Source: Rhynchobatus australiae
Lineage: Eukaryota
NCBI GenBank assembly: GCA_034780895.1
Contig: JAUZTB010000076.1
Span: 95,510,482-95,574,481, forward strand
Reading direction: 5' to 3'
Length of the DNA: 64,000 nt
Part shown: positions 12,421 through 24,600 of the stretch, piece after piece
Position numbering within the stretch: position 1 is the stretch's first letter
Layout: each line of letters opens with the position of its first letter
Made by a program: the position numbers and the translations under genes
Notes under the pieces: generated by a model
Seen by the model: only the letters and a program-made list of their open reading frames with translations
Databases searched by the model: none
What the model was told of the DNA's origin: nothing

Positions 12421-12944
12421 TATTATAACATAGGCACTAATTTTTTTAAAATTAAAAATATAATTAATAATATATTATAGTTGCTCAACTAAAGTTCATA
12501 AAATGAGAAATTCCAGTTTTTAAACAAATGGTTTGGGGTTCATTTCAAGTGTTCATTGTTTTCAATATTTTCAGCTACGGTAAAACTCTGGTAAACTGAT
12601 GTACTATTGTTCAGAAATCACAATGGTTCAGCATCCAACTCACTGAGGCCCTGTATCGGCACTCCCTTTATAAATTCACCGGGCCTGGTATCGGCCCTTA
12701 CTTAATAAATTCAGTGGAGCCCCTTATCCATGCTTCCTTTGTAAACACACTGGGGCTCTAATTCACTGAAAAATGTATTATACTACAGTGTAACATCTTT
12801 TTAAAAAGCAGTTGTATTAGTAGCAATATTATCCAATTTTCTGTGTATTACCGTATTTAAATTTGGCATAGTTATCGATGTTAGTCTATTAACGTAACAG
12901 GTGAATTACAAAAGTTGCATTAAGATTTTTAGTTGGTATTAACT

Positions 12945-13248
12945 AGGGGGAAAAGGTAGTGAGATGGAGGACAAGGTCATATNNNNNNNNNNNNNNNNNN
13001 NNNNNNNNNNNNNNNNNNNNNNNNNNNNNNNNNNNNNNNNNNNNNNNNNNNNNNNNNNNNNNNNNNNNNNNNNNNNNNNNNNATTGGACAGGTTCAAGAG
13101 ATTGTTGGATAGGCATATGGAGGAATGTGGGATAGAGGGATATGCGGGAGGAAAGGGTTTGATAGTGTGAGGTGTGGTTTGATGGGCAGAACAACATGGT
13201 GGGACGAAGGGCCTGTATTGTGCTGTATTGTTCTATGGTTCTATGGTT
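12945..13248 (+). mobile_element. CR1-like LINE 3' end (gapped)
   Basis: FKRLLDRHM-type ORF2 end; GAAGGGCCTGTATTGTGCTGTA followed by a (TTCTATGG)n tail. Confidence 0.75.
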
Positions 13249-13534
13249 AAAATGTAGGTAGAATTTAAATACTCTGAGTGTGCACCCCAGGCTATACAGA
13301 TTTACAACTTTAGATTTTGTCCTAGTTCCTTTCCTGAAGATGGATCAAATACAAAGCAGAAATCATGACAGAGAAATATTTGCCTTCTGGTATTATATTA
13401 TTAAATTACTGATCATGCCTGGGTTTTACAAGCAGAGTATAATGCATTTATTAAAGGTGCTTGATTATCTCTGTTGATATTAGTGCTTTTTAAGTGGAGT
13501 ACTTGGAGAAATACCTCCTCTCCTTTTATTTCAG

Positions 13535-13718
13535 GAATTCTTAAGAGATGTGTTCAATCTCCTGTTTTTACTGCCAAGCTTGAAGGACAGGCAGCAACCA
13601 AAGTGCAAGTCCCATTCTTCCCGAGCAGCAGCCTACGATTTGCTAGTGGAAATGGTGAAGGGCTCAGCAGAAAACTACAGATTACTCCACAATTGGGTGA
13701 TGGCACAGCACATGCAGT
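13535..13718 (+). CDS. USP34: USP34 exon: EFLRDVFNLLFLLPSLKDRQQPKCK...WVMAQHMQ
   Basis: tttcag| ... CAGT|gtaaga; 184 nt, phase-1 end. Confidence 0.95.
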
Positions 13719-15670
13719 GTAAGAAAAAAATATAATACTATATAAAATATATTAAATAGGCCAATTCAAAGAAATGAGGAACTAATTAAAATAAATGAAT
13801 TGGATAATAACATTTTGCAACTGCTTCATTAAAGACAAAATGGAACAGTGCTGATTTTGTAGGACAAACCCCTATATGAAAACAGCAAGTATGAAACAAA
13901 GGCAGAGAACCAGGGAAGAGGAAGAATATAGAATGGCTAGTTACGATAAAAGCTAACATTGCTTTAGAAAGGAAAGATTCTGCCTAACTCGACTGCAGTT
14001 AAACATGAATTTCCAAAGTGCATTTGCTGAACTTCTACGTGAAAGGTCAGCATTTAATATCAGAACTCTGAGGAATAGTGAAGCTAGAAGCAAGTCAGCA
14101 ATTGACAGTAGGATAGAAAATAATAGTTACTTGTAATGAGATGCATTGATATTGAGGGAAGTACTGACCATATATCCAAACTTTTTTTGGGGGCGGCAAT
14201 TAGCATTTCTAACATGTCAAATTGGATTCAGAAACTTGTAAATTTATCAGTTTTTCCAGATGATACGAGAGTAGAAGAGATATTAGAATTCATTAAACAA
14301 GATGAACAAAATGAGTGGCAAGCAATTGACTCTGTAATTATTGCTTGAAGTACTTCACATATGAAATAAAATGGAATATGTACATACACTATATGTTATA
14401 GAAATCACTTTAATAAAGCAGAAAGAGGTCTAAATTTTGGTAGAATTGATGTTTGGCAAGTTCAATAAATTTAGAACAGGAATCAACCAATCAATTAGAT
14501 ATTGAAAGACCTGAAACTGTCAAAAGCAAGTAACTGCATTGTGATTGAGTTGCGCAGTCCACTGACCAGAATTTCAGTATTGTATGACTTCTGGTCACCA
14601 GAAAACAAAATAGATACTCAAAAACTAGACCCAGTACATAGAGCAGCCATGAAGTTGATCCTCCCTGCCATGAGTCTGAAAAGTGATGAAAGACAAGTGA
14701 AACTTCAGACATTTTAGCCTCCAAAGCCATTTGTTTTTGAGCGATACAAAATGCTATTGGCTAAGCTTAATCTGGAATCCTACTGAAAATTAGATGATGA
14801 GAGTTGGAATGAACTCATTAAAGTAACTTTGGGGCTGATACCAAAAGTTTATTTTGACAGTGATCAACAGAAGTAATGAATTTCCAGATTGAATAGTGCA
14901 CATGAAAATCCTGTGAGTATTAAATAAAGGGATGCAACAGTNNNNNNNNNNNNNNNNNNNNNNNNNNNNNNNNNNNNNNNNNNNNNNNNNNNNNNNNNNN
15001 NNNNNNNNNNNNNNNNNNNNNNNNNNNNNNNNNNNNNNNNNNNNNNNNNNNNNNNNNNNNNNNNNNNNNNNNNNNNNNNNNNNNNNNNNNNNNNNNNNNN
15101 NNNNNNNNNNNNNNNNNNNNNNNNNNNNNNNNNNNNNNNNNNNNNNNNNNNNNNNNNNNNNNNNNNNNNNNNNNNNNNNNNNNNNNNNNNNNNNNNNNNN
15201 NNNNNNNNNNNNNNNNNNNNNNNNNNNNNNNNNNNNNNNNNNNNNNNNNNNNNNNNNNNNNNNNNNNNNNNNNNNNNNNNNNNNNNNNNNNNNNNNNNNN
15301 NNNNNNNNNNNNNNNNNNNNNNNNNNNNNNNNNNNNNNNNNNNNNNNNNNNNNNNNNNNNNNNNNNNNNNNNNNNNNNNNNNNNNNNNNNNNNNNNNNNN
15401 NNNNNNNNNNNNNNNNNNNNNNNNNNNNNNNNNNNNNNNNNNNNNNNNNNNNNNNNNNNNNNNNNNNNNNNNNNNNNNNNNNNNNNNNNNNNNNNNNNNN
15501 NNNNNNNNNNNNNNNNNNNNNNNNNNNNNNNNNNNNNNNNNNNNNNNNNNNNNNNNNNNNNNNNNNNNNNNNNNNNNNNNNNNNNNNNNNNNNNNNNNNN
15601 NNNNNNNNNNNNNNNNNNNNNNNNNNNNNNNNNNNNNNNNNNNNNNNNNNNNNNNNNNNNNNNNNNNNNN

Positions 15671-15932
15671 TAGGGCTTTTCTCTTTGGAGAGGAGGAGGA
15701 TGAGAGGTGACTTGATAGAGATGTACAAGATGATAAGAGGCATAGATTGAGTAGAGACTTTTTCCCAGGGCGAAAATGGCTAACACGAGGGGGCATAATT
15801 TTAAAGTGATTGGAAGAAGATATAAGGGGGATGTCTTTTTTTACACAGGGAAGACCTTTAGACCAGGATAAAATGCCGGTACAACATCATGGGCCGAAGG
15901 GCCTGTACTGTGCTGTAATGTTCTATGTTCTA
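15671..15932 (+). mobile_element. CR1-like LINE 3' end
   Basis: GLFSLERRRMRGDLIEMYKMIRGID; GGGCCGAAGGGCCTGTACTGTGCTGTA followed by a (TTCTATG)n tail. Confidence 0.85.
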
Positions 15933-16289
15933 AAAAATAAAACATAGCAATTCCAATATAACTATAATTTCTGGCAGCATTTCCCTTCCCACCTCTATTA
16001 TTGCTATAAGAGTGACTAAGAATGATCCTTGAACCCTATAATTTGTTACATATTGTCCTTTGATGACATGAGTTATAGTTAGTTTCTGTATGTCCACTGA
16101 CCACCTCAGCACCACTTCTGAGCCTAACAACCACTCATTAACTGCATCGGGACATTAATTTACAGGTGCTGCCGCCAGTTGCAAACTCAATCCGTTGCAG
16201 CTGCACACTGAACTACATAGCACAAAATCATGACATCCTGCTCAGTCCAGAGTTGAGTTATAAATGCCATATCTGATTCATTACCAAGA

Positions 16290-16620
16290 ATGATTACTTC
16301 TTTCACAACACATTCTCTGCCTCTACCTCAGCTCTTTTGCCATCAGATTTGTATCTATGCATTTGTTATTTGTAAATTGAATTCTTCGTATTCTTCTACA
16401 GCTTTACATGTTTTTCAGCTGCTCCAAGAAACACCCATCTATATCTGTGCAATAAGTACCATAGCTTTGCTGAGTTTTACAGTTCTGTCCCCTTCAACTC
16501 TCTCAAAAGGCCTCTTCTCAGACTTTTGCATCAACCCTGACATCCTATTGTTTTCCGTTAAGATCTCTCTTCAATTTCCTTCCTCCTGTCAGTTCAATGA
16601 TTATTAATTAGGTCCTCCAT
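16290..16620 (+). mobile_element. Ancient L2-like LINE fragment
   Basis: CIYAFVICKLNS...ALHVFQLLQ resembles the L2 ORF2 motif LIHAFVTSRLDY...LHKLQLIQN. Confidence 0.4.
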
Positions 16621-18699
16621 TGAATTTCCTTCCTAAGTATCTTGGCCCTTGTTCTCTCACTATTGTATAAATCTTCACAGATCTCATCCCTGACTAATGC
16701 CTGTGATCTCCCATTATGGCACAGCTCAGCTGTTCTACATATTGTAATAGTTTTAACTACCCTGCTGCCACCTTCACCGACCCTTGCACTCCCAGCCCCT
16801 CTGTAAAGTGTCTAAACATTATCAGTGTTAAAAATGCAATGTAATGCATGTCCAAATTGTTGATGTTACTGAGTACCAAGTGTTAAGATATTAGCTCTCT
16901 CAAAAAGTAATCACTTGGCATTAAACTTCGACAGAACAAATTTGTGCTTGTAATCCATTACTGTATATTTAGTACCAATGAAAAGGAATTTCATTTTATG
17001 ATTCTCATGATTTGTCTTTTTCATGACATTAGATTAAACTTGCACTTGACTGGATGCAGGAAAATATTCTCCAAGCACATGTTTCACAAATGATTTTGTT
17101 TTGATTCCCACCAAGAAATTGTAATGTCTTTTAACATCTATCTAATTTTAGGTTCTGATGCAGGGTGACTGAACTTAGCAAGTTTGGACATATTTTAAAG
17201 GAATGCAAATGTCCCACAGGCTATAAATTTGCAAAATTTTCATCTAAATGCTAAAATTTGTCCCCCATTTTGGTATCTAAATAAATAGATCATAGCATCA
17301 TTTAAAATAGTAGAAAGGGGAATGTTATTTAAATAGGCTATTTCTTAAAAATGTTCACATTTTTGCACCAAGTAACCGATCTTTTGTATCAAATAAGTGG
17401 CACTTCCACAGTTATAATTTCTCACTCTATATTTGGTTGCATCCAAATTCTTATCACAGAACATATAGTGGTATACTAAGAAAAGTAAAGGCATTTGGGG
17501 ATAGAAACTCCCATGTGATTTATTTGAAACTAGAAGTGTCCTCTCTGTGTCAGACTATCCAAATAAGAGCGATCCTGCCCTTTTTGCAATAAGCTAATGC
17601 AAAGTAATGTTAAGATTGAAACTGTTCTGAAATAATTTTGATTTGGCAATGTTGAAATCCTTTGGGAGTCCCAATTATCGCCCATCCTAAGTGGTAGTGA
17701 CCTTTCTGAACAACTTCAGCCCTTTCAGTTCTGATGATTTTGCAAAGTTGTTTGGTAGGGAATTCCGTGAATTTGATTGGGAGGTAAAATATAGGTACGT
17801 CAAAATTAAATTTATGACTTTAATTTTGGAAGTATACTGGTGATGGTGTTCATGTGACATTAATGCTCACATCTTAGTTGATTCAAGTAGGTGGTGGTGT
17901 GTAGAAAAAGGACAGCTGGTGAGAGGATTTCTATAGCTTAAAGTGAGTCTCCTGTTGCAGCCTTCCAAACTTCTGCCATGTTTTTGATACATAGATGATA
18001 ATGCAGCTTGTTCATTTGATGTTGCAGTGTTCAGACATGGTGATACAGTTGAAAGTCAAGAGACAAGGAATAATTTTTCCCTTGTTAGAGACGGTTACTA
18101 TCAACTAATTGCAGTACAAATGTAACCTACCTCTTGTTTGCAAAGCTGAGATATGAGTCAAGGTTTTATTTTAGAGAGATTCAGCTTGCTTTCACTTGTT
18201 ATCTCTGGAGTCTATAGCATAACATGCAATATAATGAAGACCAAACTTCCTTGTTTGAACTGAAGTTTGTCTTTGCACTCCTTTTCAGACACGAGTCTGC
18301 CAGGCCTTCTGGTGCAAGTTTCAGGAGCTGAGCATTCATTAAATTCTGCTGTGATGAATGTTTTCTTTATTGGGGAAAACCGTAGTTTGCTTGAAAGTAT
18401 CTGGTCCTTATCAGGTTCCACCTTGCGCCCGCAGCAGTCAGAGTTTTTTCCCAGCATTTATGATTTCATGGCCAATTAATTAAATATGAAGAGTTACATA
18501 TACAATCAGAGAATGACAACTTGAAAGACTAAACATTGCCAGTGTTTCTGTAAAAAGTCATCTGTTTCAGAATTAAAGAAATGTGCAAGAAATGAAATTA
18601 TTAATTTTATGATGCATTTTTCATAAGCTTGCACGTTGATGTGATGATCTTTTGTACAGTAGCACAATTATTTTGATTTAAATTCACTTTTTTATATAG

Positions 18700-18863
18700 C
18701 ATCTCATGCACCATACAAGTGGGATTACTGGCCTCATGATGATGTGCGAGCTGAGTGCAGGTTTGTGGGTTTGACGAATCTTGGAGCAACCTGTTACTTG
18801 GCTTCCACCATTCAACAGCTCTATATGATACCGGAGGCCAGACAAGCCATTTTTACAGCTAAG
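18700..18863 (+). CDS. USP34: USP34 exon with catalytic Cys box: (S)SHAPYKWDYWPHDDVRAECRFVGLTNLGATCYLASTIQQLYMIPEARQAIFTAK
   Basis: atatag| ... AAG|gtaagt; USP Cys box G-L-x-N-L-G-x-T-C-Y, catalytic TGT at 18792-18794. Confidence 0.97.
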
Positions 18864-21720
18864 GTAAGTACCATTGAAAGGTTGAATATGATGTATATAG
18901 CAAACTGAGCNNNNNNNNNNNNNNNNNNNNNNNNNNNNNNNNNNNNNNNNNNNNNNNNNNNNNNNNNNNNNNNNNNNNNNNNNNNNNNNNNNNNNNNNNN
19001 NNNNNNNNNNNNNNNNNNNNNNNNNNNNNNNNNNNNNNNNNNNNNNNNNNNNNNNNNNNNNNNNNNNNNNNNNNNNNNNNNNNNNNNNNNNNNNNNNNNN
19101 NNNNNNNNNNNNNNNNNNNNNNNNNNNNNNNNNNNNNNNNNNNNNNNNNNNNNNNNNNNNNNNNNNNNNNNNNNNNNNNNNNNNNNNNNNNNNNNNNNNN
19201 NNNNNNNNNNNNNNNNNNNNNNNNNNNNNNNNNNNNNNNNNNNNNNNNNNNNNNNNNNNNNNNNNNNNNNNNNNNNNNNNNNNNNNNNNNNNNNNNNNNN
19301 NNNNNNNNNNTAAAAGCTGATAATCAAATGGAAATCCTTTCATTTCAGTGTCTGATCTCTCCTTCAGTTGTGAGCAAAATTACTCATTTCCTGTTACCAT
19401 TTCATTCCTTCTGAACTTCGGAGATGGTCCTATACACACTTAGTGCAATCTTCTGTCATAATTTATTATTGTTCTAGGACCTGGAAATTGTAGCACATTA
19501 TCTCTGTTGCTCTTTACTCCTATAAAAACTATGCTTTTAAAACCCAAGATTTCCATCACTTAAGGCATTTAGAAGCCCAATGTTTACCAGAATCCCTCAG
19601 TTGGAAACAAACCACAGGTGATAAGTGCAGCAGAATTACTCCATTCTGAAGAAATAACATTGTAACTTGAGTTATAAATCAGCATTTGCTTTGAGAAGCT
19701 AACCTTTTAATTAAATATGCCTCAACTTTTATTGTACAAGCTTTTGTGAGGTTAATTTGAAAACTAAGCTGGAAACAGATCCTTTGATGCTTGAAATAAA
19801 TTAGTTCCCACCACTGGTCAATCTGACTTTTTGGCTTAACACATTGATTCATTGTTCTATAAACTGAAGTCTAATTATAAGTTACGTATAATTTCATGTC
19901 TTCTCCCATTTTTGTTTCTTCTATTCTGCCAAATAAAACTTAATTTTATACAAATTCAAGTACCATGAGGTTGGATTAAAGTATACAATCCTCTGGATGG
20001 ACTGTGCCTCAAGTATTTTCTAGTCTCTGGCTGGAAGATATTCAAGTAATGAAACCAATGTAGAAATACACCACAAGATTGATTCCCAGTCTAAAGGATT
20101 CGAGCTACTGAGGAAATAAGGGAGAATCTCTGTTCAACCAAGATCGGAATTCTGAGCAATCTTAACAACATCATTTGTAAAGGAAAATGGATTACCACCC
20201 TAAAAAGAGATTTTGGGAGAGGTGACCAAATGTTCTGTCAAATAAATGGATTTTAACTAACATCTTTTTTTAAAAGAGTAGGAAGATGAGAGAGAAGAAC
20301 ATTGGGGTGGGATTCCACTTCATGGGGCTTCAAGACATAGCCACCATTGGTAGGGTTACAGAAGATGGAAATTCATAGGAGACCAGTCAGAGAAACTGTC
20401 CTGACGTATGTGGTTAGGCTGGAGGAGGTTNNNNNNNNNNNNNNNNNNNNNNNNNNNNNNNNNNNNNNNNNNNNNNNNNNNNNNNNNNNNNNNNNNNNNN
20501 NNNNNNNNNNNNNNNNNNNNNNNNNNNNNNCCTGACGTATGTGGTTAGGCTGGAGGAGGTTGTCATGATATTGAAAGTGTTGACCCTTAAAATAATTTTA
20601 AAACAGAATAAAATATTGAGTTTCAGATATCGGGGTGACTAGATGAGAGATGAATTTAAATCTGTAACATTATTAAAAATCAAATTTTCACAGGTGAACA
20701 AGTTCAAGCTGATAAAATATACATTGAAAGTTGGTACCATTAAAGTTATTCATGTAACCTTAATGATTAGCATTAGGAATGGACTTTAAATGAGTAATAG
20801 AGGTTCTATGTTGTGAAGAGGAAAAGGAAAGTTGTTTCTGGATGAAAGAGTTGAAAAGCAATCCTTGCCTGTAATTGTTTTGTGAGCTTTAAGCTTTGTT
20901 TTCGTAAAACGCTGAAAGGTATTGCAGCACCAACTCTGGAATAGAATAGTGAACCTTATTATTAATAGCAGTGGTTATAGCAACTCAGTTTAACAAATGT
21001 ATCATTACAATGAAGAATGGAAAATTAATTCTTCATTGAGCTGGTAAAATTTGGCAATTGTCTAAATTCTAGATAGATTATGAAAAATTATATCCAAAGC
21101 AGAATTGGATTTCAAACAGTAATGTTATTTCTTACTGGGTCCTTAAGGCTTGGAACCATACATTTCTTTGAAGTTAGTGCCTTTCTGACAGATCTTGTGC
21201 TGTACTCCAGGCTATTGGTCTGAATAACACCACAGGAAATCCATAGTCATTTTGTTTTCCCCTTTCTGGAAAAGCAAATACTGCAACTCAGAAGAGGGAA
21301 TATTTCATATTGTACAACAAAGGAAGACAAAAAGCAAACATTACTAATGTCACCATGGTAGTTTTTCCTGCTTTTCATAGTCTATTTGTGAGTAATGGGG
21401 TATTGAAGACAATCCAAAAGGCGGATTTGTCTTTCATTGGTGGTGGTCTGTAAATGGATTTATTTATGCATATATAATTAAGCACCAGAGTGCACTTCAA
21501 GGGCATTTGGGTTATGTCTTTAGCAACATTACAGTGGGTATATATTTGTCAATGTCTTGAGACTATTCTGCTCCAACTTTAGTGCACAAGTGAAATAACT
21601 GAGATTCTTGCTAGCATGGAACATTCTGTACCTATTTTTCCCCATCAAGAATGTGGCACAATATCTTTGTATCAACATGACCTTATCTGTTACTTTCTTA
21701 AACAAAAAATCATCTCAACT

Positions 21721-21895
21721 GATATAAAAACACCTAAATGCTTGAAATTCTTAGCAGGTCACACAACTTATGTGAAGAGAGAAAAACGGTCAGAAATTCA
21801 GGTTGATGACCTTCTATCAGAATTCCCAGCAATTTCTGTTTTGATTTCAGAGTCCAACAAATTCTGTTTTTATTTCAGATTTCCACCATCTGTGA
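21721..21895. mobile_element. Fold-back Penelope-like terminal-repeat element
   Basis: Left arm ...CAGGTTGATGACCTTCTATCAGAA, then the inverted TTCTGTTTTTATTTCAGATTTCCACCATCTG. Confidence 0.55.
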
Positions 21896-22400
21896 TTTTC
21901 ATCTTCTTTAAATCATCTCAACTAATATTGTGATCAGCCAAAGCAATTTTTTTCCATATACTCTAATAAACTGCTAAATATACCATTGTTGAAAGATATT
22001 GTCTCTGAAAATCACCCACCTGCCTCTGTGTCCCAACTCTACACCTCCCTCTCCGTACATGGCACTTGGCTCCTCCTATCCATCATACCTCACCACTCCT
22101 CAGTCCACTCACCTACTGCCCACTGTCTCACCCCTCCCCCTCTGTTCTTCATACCGGCTACCTTCCTTCTCCACTCTCAGTCCTGATACAATGTCTGAAC
22201 CCAATAAGAAAACNNNNNNNNNNNNNNNNNNNNNNNNNNNNNNNNNNNNNNNNNNNNNNNNNNNNNNNNNNNNNNNNNNNNNNNNNNNNNNNNNNNNNNN
22301 NNNNNNNNNNNNNACAATGTCTGAACCCAAGAAGAAAACAATTCCCCCCCCCCTTCAGATGCTGCTTGATCCACTGAGTTTCTCCAGTAGTTTGTACTTT

Positions 22401-22558
22401 TCTGAATGGTCCATGAACCCATGAACACTACCTTGTTATTTCTCTTTTGCACTATTTATTTATTTTGTAACTTACAGTAATTTTTATATCTTGCACTGTA
22501 TTCCTGCTGCTAAACAACAAATTTCATGACGTGTCAGTGATAATAAACCTGATTCTGA
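22401..22558 (+). mobile_element. Rex1/Babar-like LINE 3' UTR
   Basis: TTTGCACTATTT...AACAACAAATTTCATGAC...GATAATAAACCTGATTCTGA tail. Confidence 0.5.
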
Positions 22559-22599
22559 AGGATGATTATGTACTTTGTCCAGTCCTCTCCAGCTTCCGC

Positions 22600-24600
22600 C
22601 TTTGTTTTGTTTTATTGAAATTGAATCACAGTGATCTTGTGTACTGGGCAAATTGATTTCCAGGAACTATTGTTTTACATCAGCTGTAAATGTATGCTTT
22701 TTCAGTTAGATTTCAGAGTTCTTCTATATGTGTAGGTTCTTCAGCTCTGACTTAAGAAACATGGCATTCTTTTTTCATGAGAAAGCTCAGCTACCCTAGT
22801 TATCACATTTTGGACAATTGTTGCATGGCTATCGAATGTTGTGGATATTATCGTTTATCTCCAGTACCAGAATGTTTTCCAGGTCTTGCTTTAAGCCATG
22901 ATGGACTTCTTCATTTCTTGAAGATGTATGAAAAGATTTAATCCTGATTTTTTTTTTGTAGTCAGGATGTGTGGACATTTTTAGATGCTAGTGCTAGGAT
23001 ACCTTGGCCAGGTGTGCAGAAGCACTACAGTCATGATGTTGATAGGTTCCATTGTTTTTAATGATGAATTCAATTATTATAGCCATTACTTGATATCAAA
23101 GTTGGCTGAATACTGGCTGCTGTGGCATTAGAAACTTTAGAAAGAGGGGGAGATGAATGATTCACTCCGCGCTTCTGAATATCGTTATATTGTTTCAAAT
23201 TGGCACTTAATATGTTGGGCTCTGCCATCTTTGAGGATGGGAATATTGTTGGAACTTCCCTTTCTCATTAGCTCTCCACCATTGTCAACTGGACCTGATA
23301 AGAGTTCCAATTTAGTTTGTGGATTGTGCGATTGATTAACTGTGCATTGAATCCTATTTTCTCTGATTCGCATAAATATTTCATTATGTTTTAGTTTCAC
23401 CAAGTTGGCAGCATGTACAATTTCTCCGAGCATTTTCCTCTACATGTCTTGAACAGAATTAGTCCTCTGCGTTAATNNNNNNNNNNNNNNNNNNNNNNNN
23501 NNNNNNNNNNNNNNNNNNNNNNNNNNNNNNNNNNNNNNNNNNNNNNNNNNNNNNNNNNNNNNNNNNNNNNNNNNNNGCAATGGTAGAGTGTGGAATAGGC
23601 TGAGCAGTTTTCTTTATGGTTGTGGCAGAATTTGCTGCTGTTGAATGTCCACAAGGATTCAAGAATGCTTAGCTTTGAGCTGCTGGAGCTATTTTGAACC
23701 TGTCTCGTTTAGCTTGATGGAATGTATTCATCATGTGAACTTTGTCTTTTGAAGGGCTCCGTTGGGTTAATCCTATGAGGACTATCACAGACATGTACAT
23801 TTGCAGCAGATAAATTGGTATGGTCGCACACACACATACATAATTCTGTGCCCTAGTTGTTCTAAGTGCATCTACCAAATAGTATTCTGTTCAGCAGCTG
23901 AGGAAGTTGGTGATTATCAGCAGGAGGTCTGTGTTTGAATTGATACCTTGTGTCTGTGTCTGTGTTTGAATTAATGCCATGAGACTTCAAGGAGTGAGGT
24001 CAATGTTGTCTGCTCCAAGAACCACAGATTTTAAGTCATTGTGTTGACACCAAATGAGGCTGTAATTATGGTGAGGCAGGATGTACATGTGGATGGCAGT
24101 AGAATCTTGGGGATTAGTCTAAACATGATTTTGAGAGTATCACCAGCTCTGAATATTGTTTTAGTATTAATGACTTTTCCAAATTAGACACATGATTCCA
24201 GTTATGTTAAGGAGGACATGCCAAGCCTAATATACCCTGCTACTGCCATTTCCAAAATAAATGAATAGGTCAATGTCATGTGGTGTAACCAGTTTTGTTC
24301 TTGTGTTCCGAAATCATAGTTTGAGACAGCTTGCTGGTGAAACCACAGAATTCTGGATCACAAAGACCTGACTTGTAAAAGGCAGCAGAGTTCCTTCCCC
24401 AAAAGATATCAGATGGGATTTTATAGCAGTCCAGTGGTTTTATAGTCACCATTGCTGATATTGGCTCTTTCATTCTAGATTTTGTTCATTAAAAATGTAA
24501 TTAAATTTCCTAGTTGTTGCATAGAATTCAAACCAGTATCTCTGGATCTTTACTGGGGCATGAGACCAGTAAATTAACTCAAGTACTATGGTTACCTACC
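22600..24600 (-). mobile_element. Old non-LTR retrotransposon, 5' half (APE endonuclease into RT), with a SINE-like head
   Basis: Minus-strand remnants NIDL.../EVSWH, DALRTTRAQN and GSSNNIPILKDGRAQHI resemble an elasmobranch LINE ORF as recalled. The 24380-24600 head is related to 34528-34660 (+). Confidence 0.45.

Noticed and set aside
14790-15796. Long ORFs in the supplied track (also 18684-19343, 35468-36578, 46805-47372, 48054-48647, 62109-62806)
   Set aside because: They are open only because N-runs translate as X.
20400-20561. Direct repeats flanking 100-N gaps (also 22188/22314, 27081/27197, 49690/49820), which look like TSDs or CRISPR-like repeats
   Set aside because: The duplicated sequence abuts fixed-length gaps on both sides, which is typical of overlapping contig ends in scaffolding and not biology.
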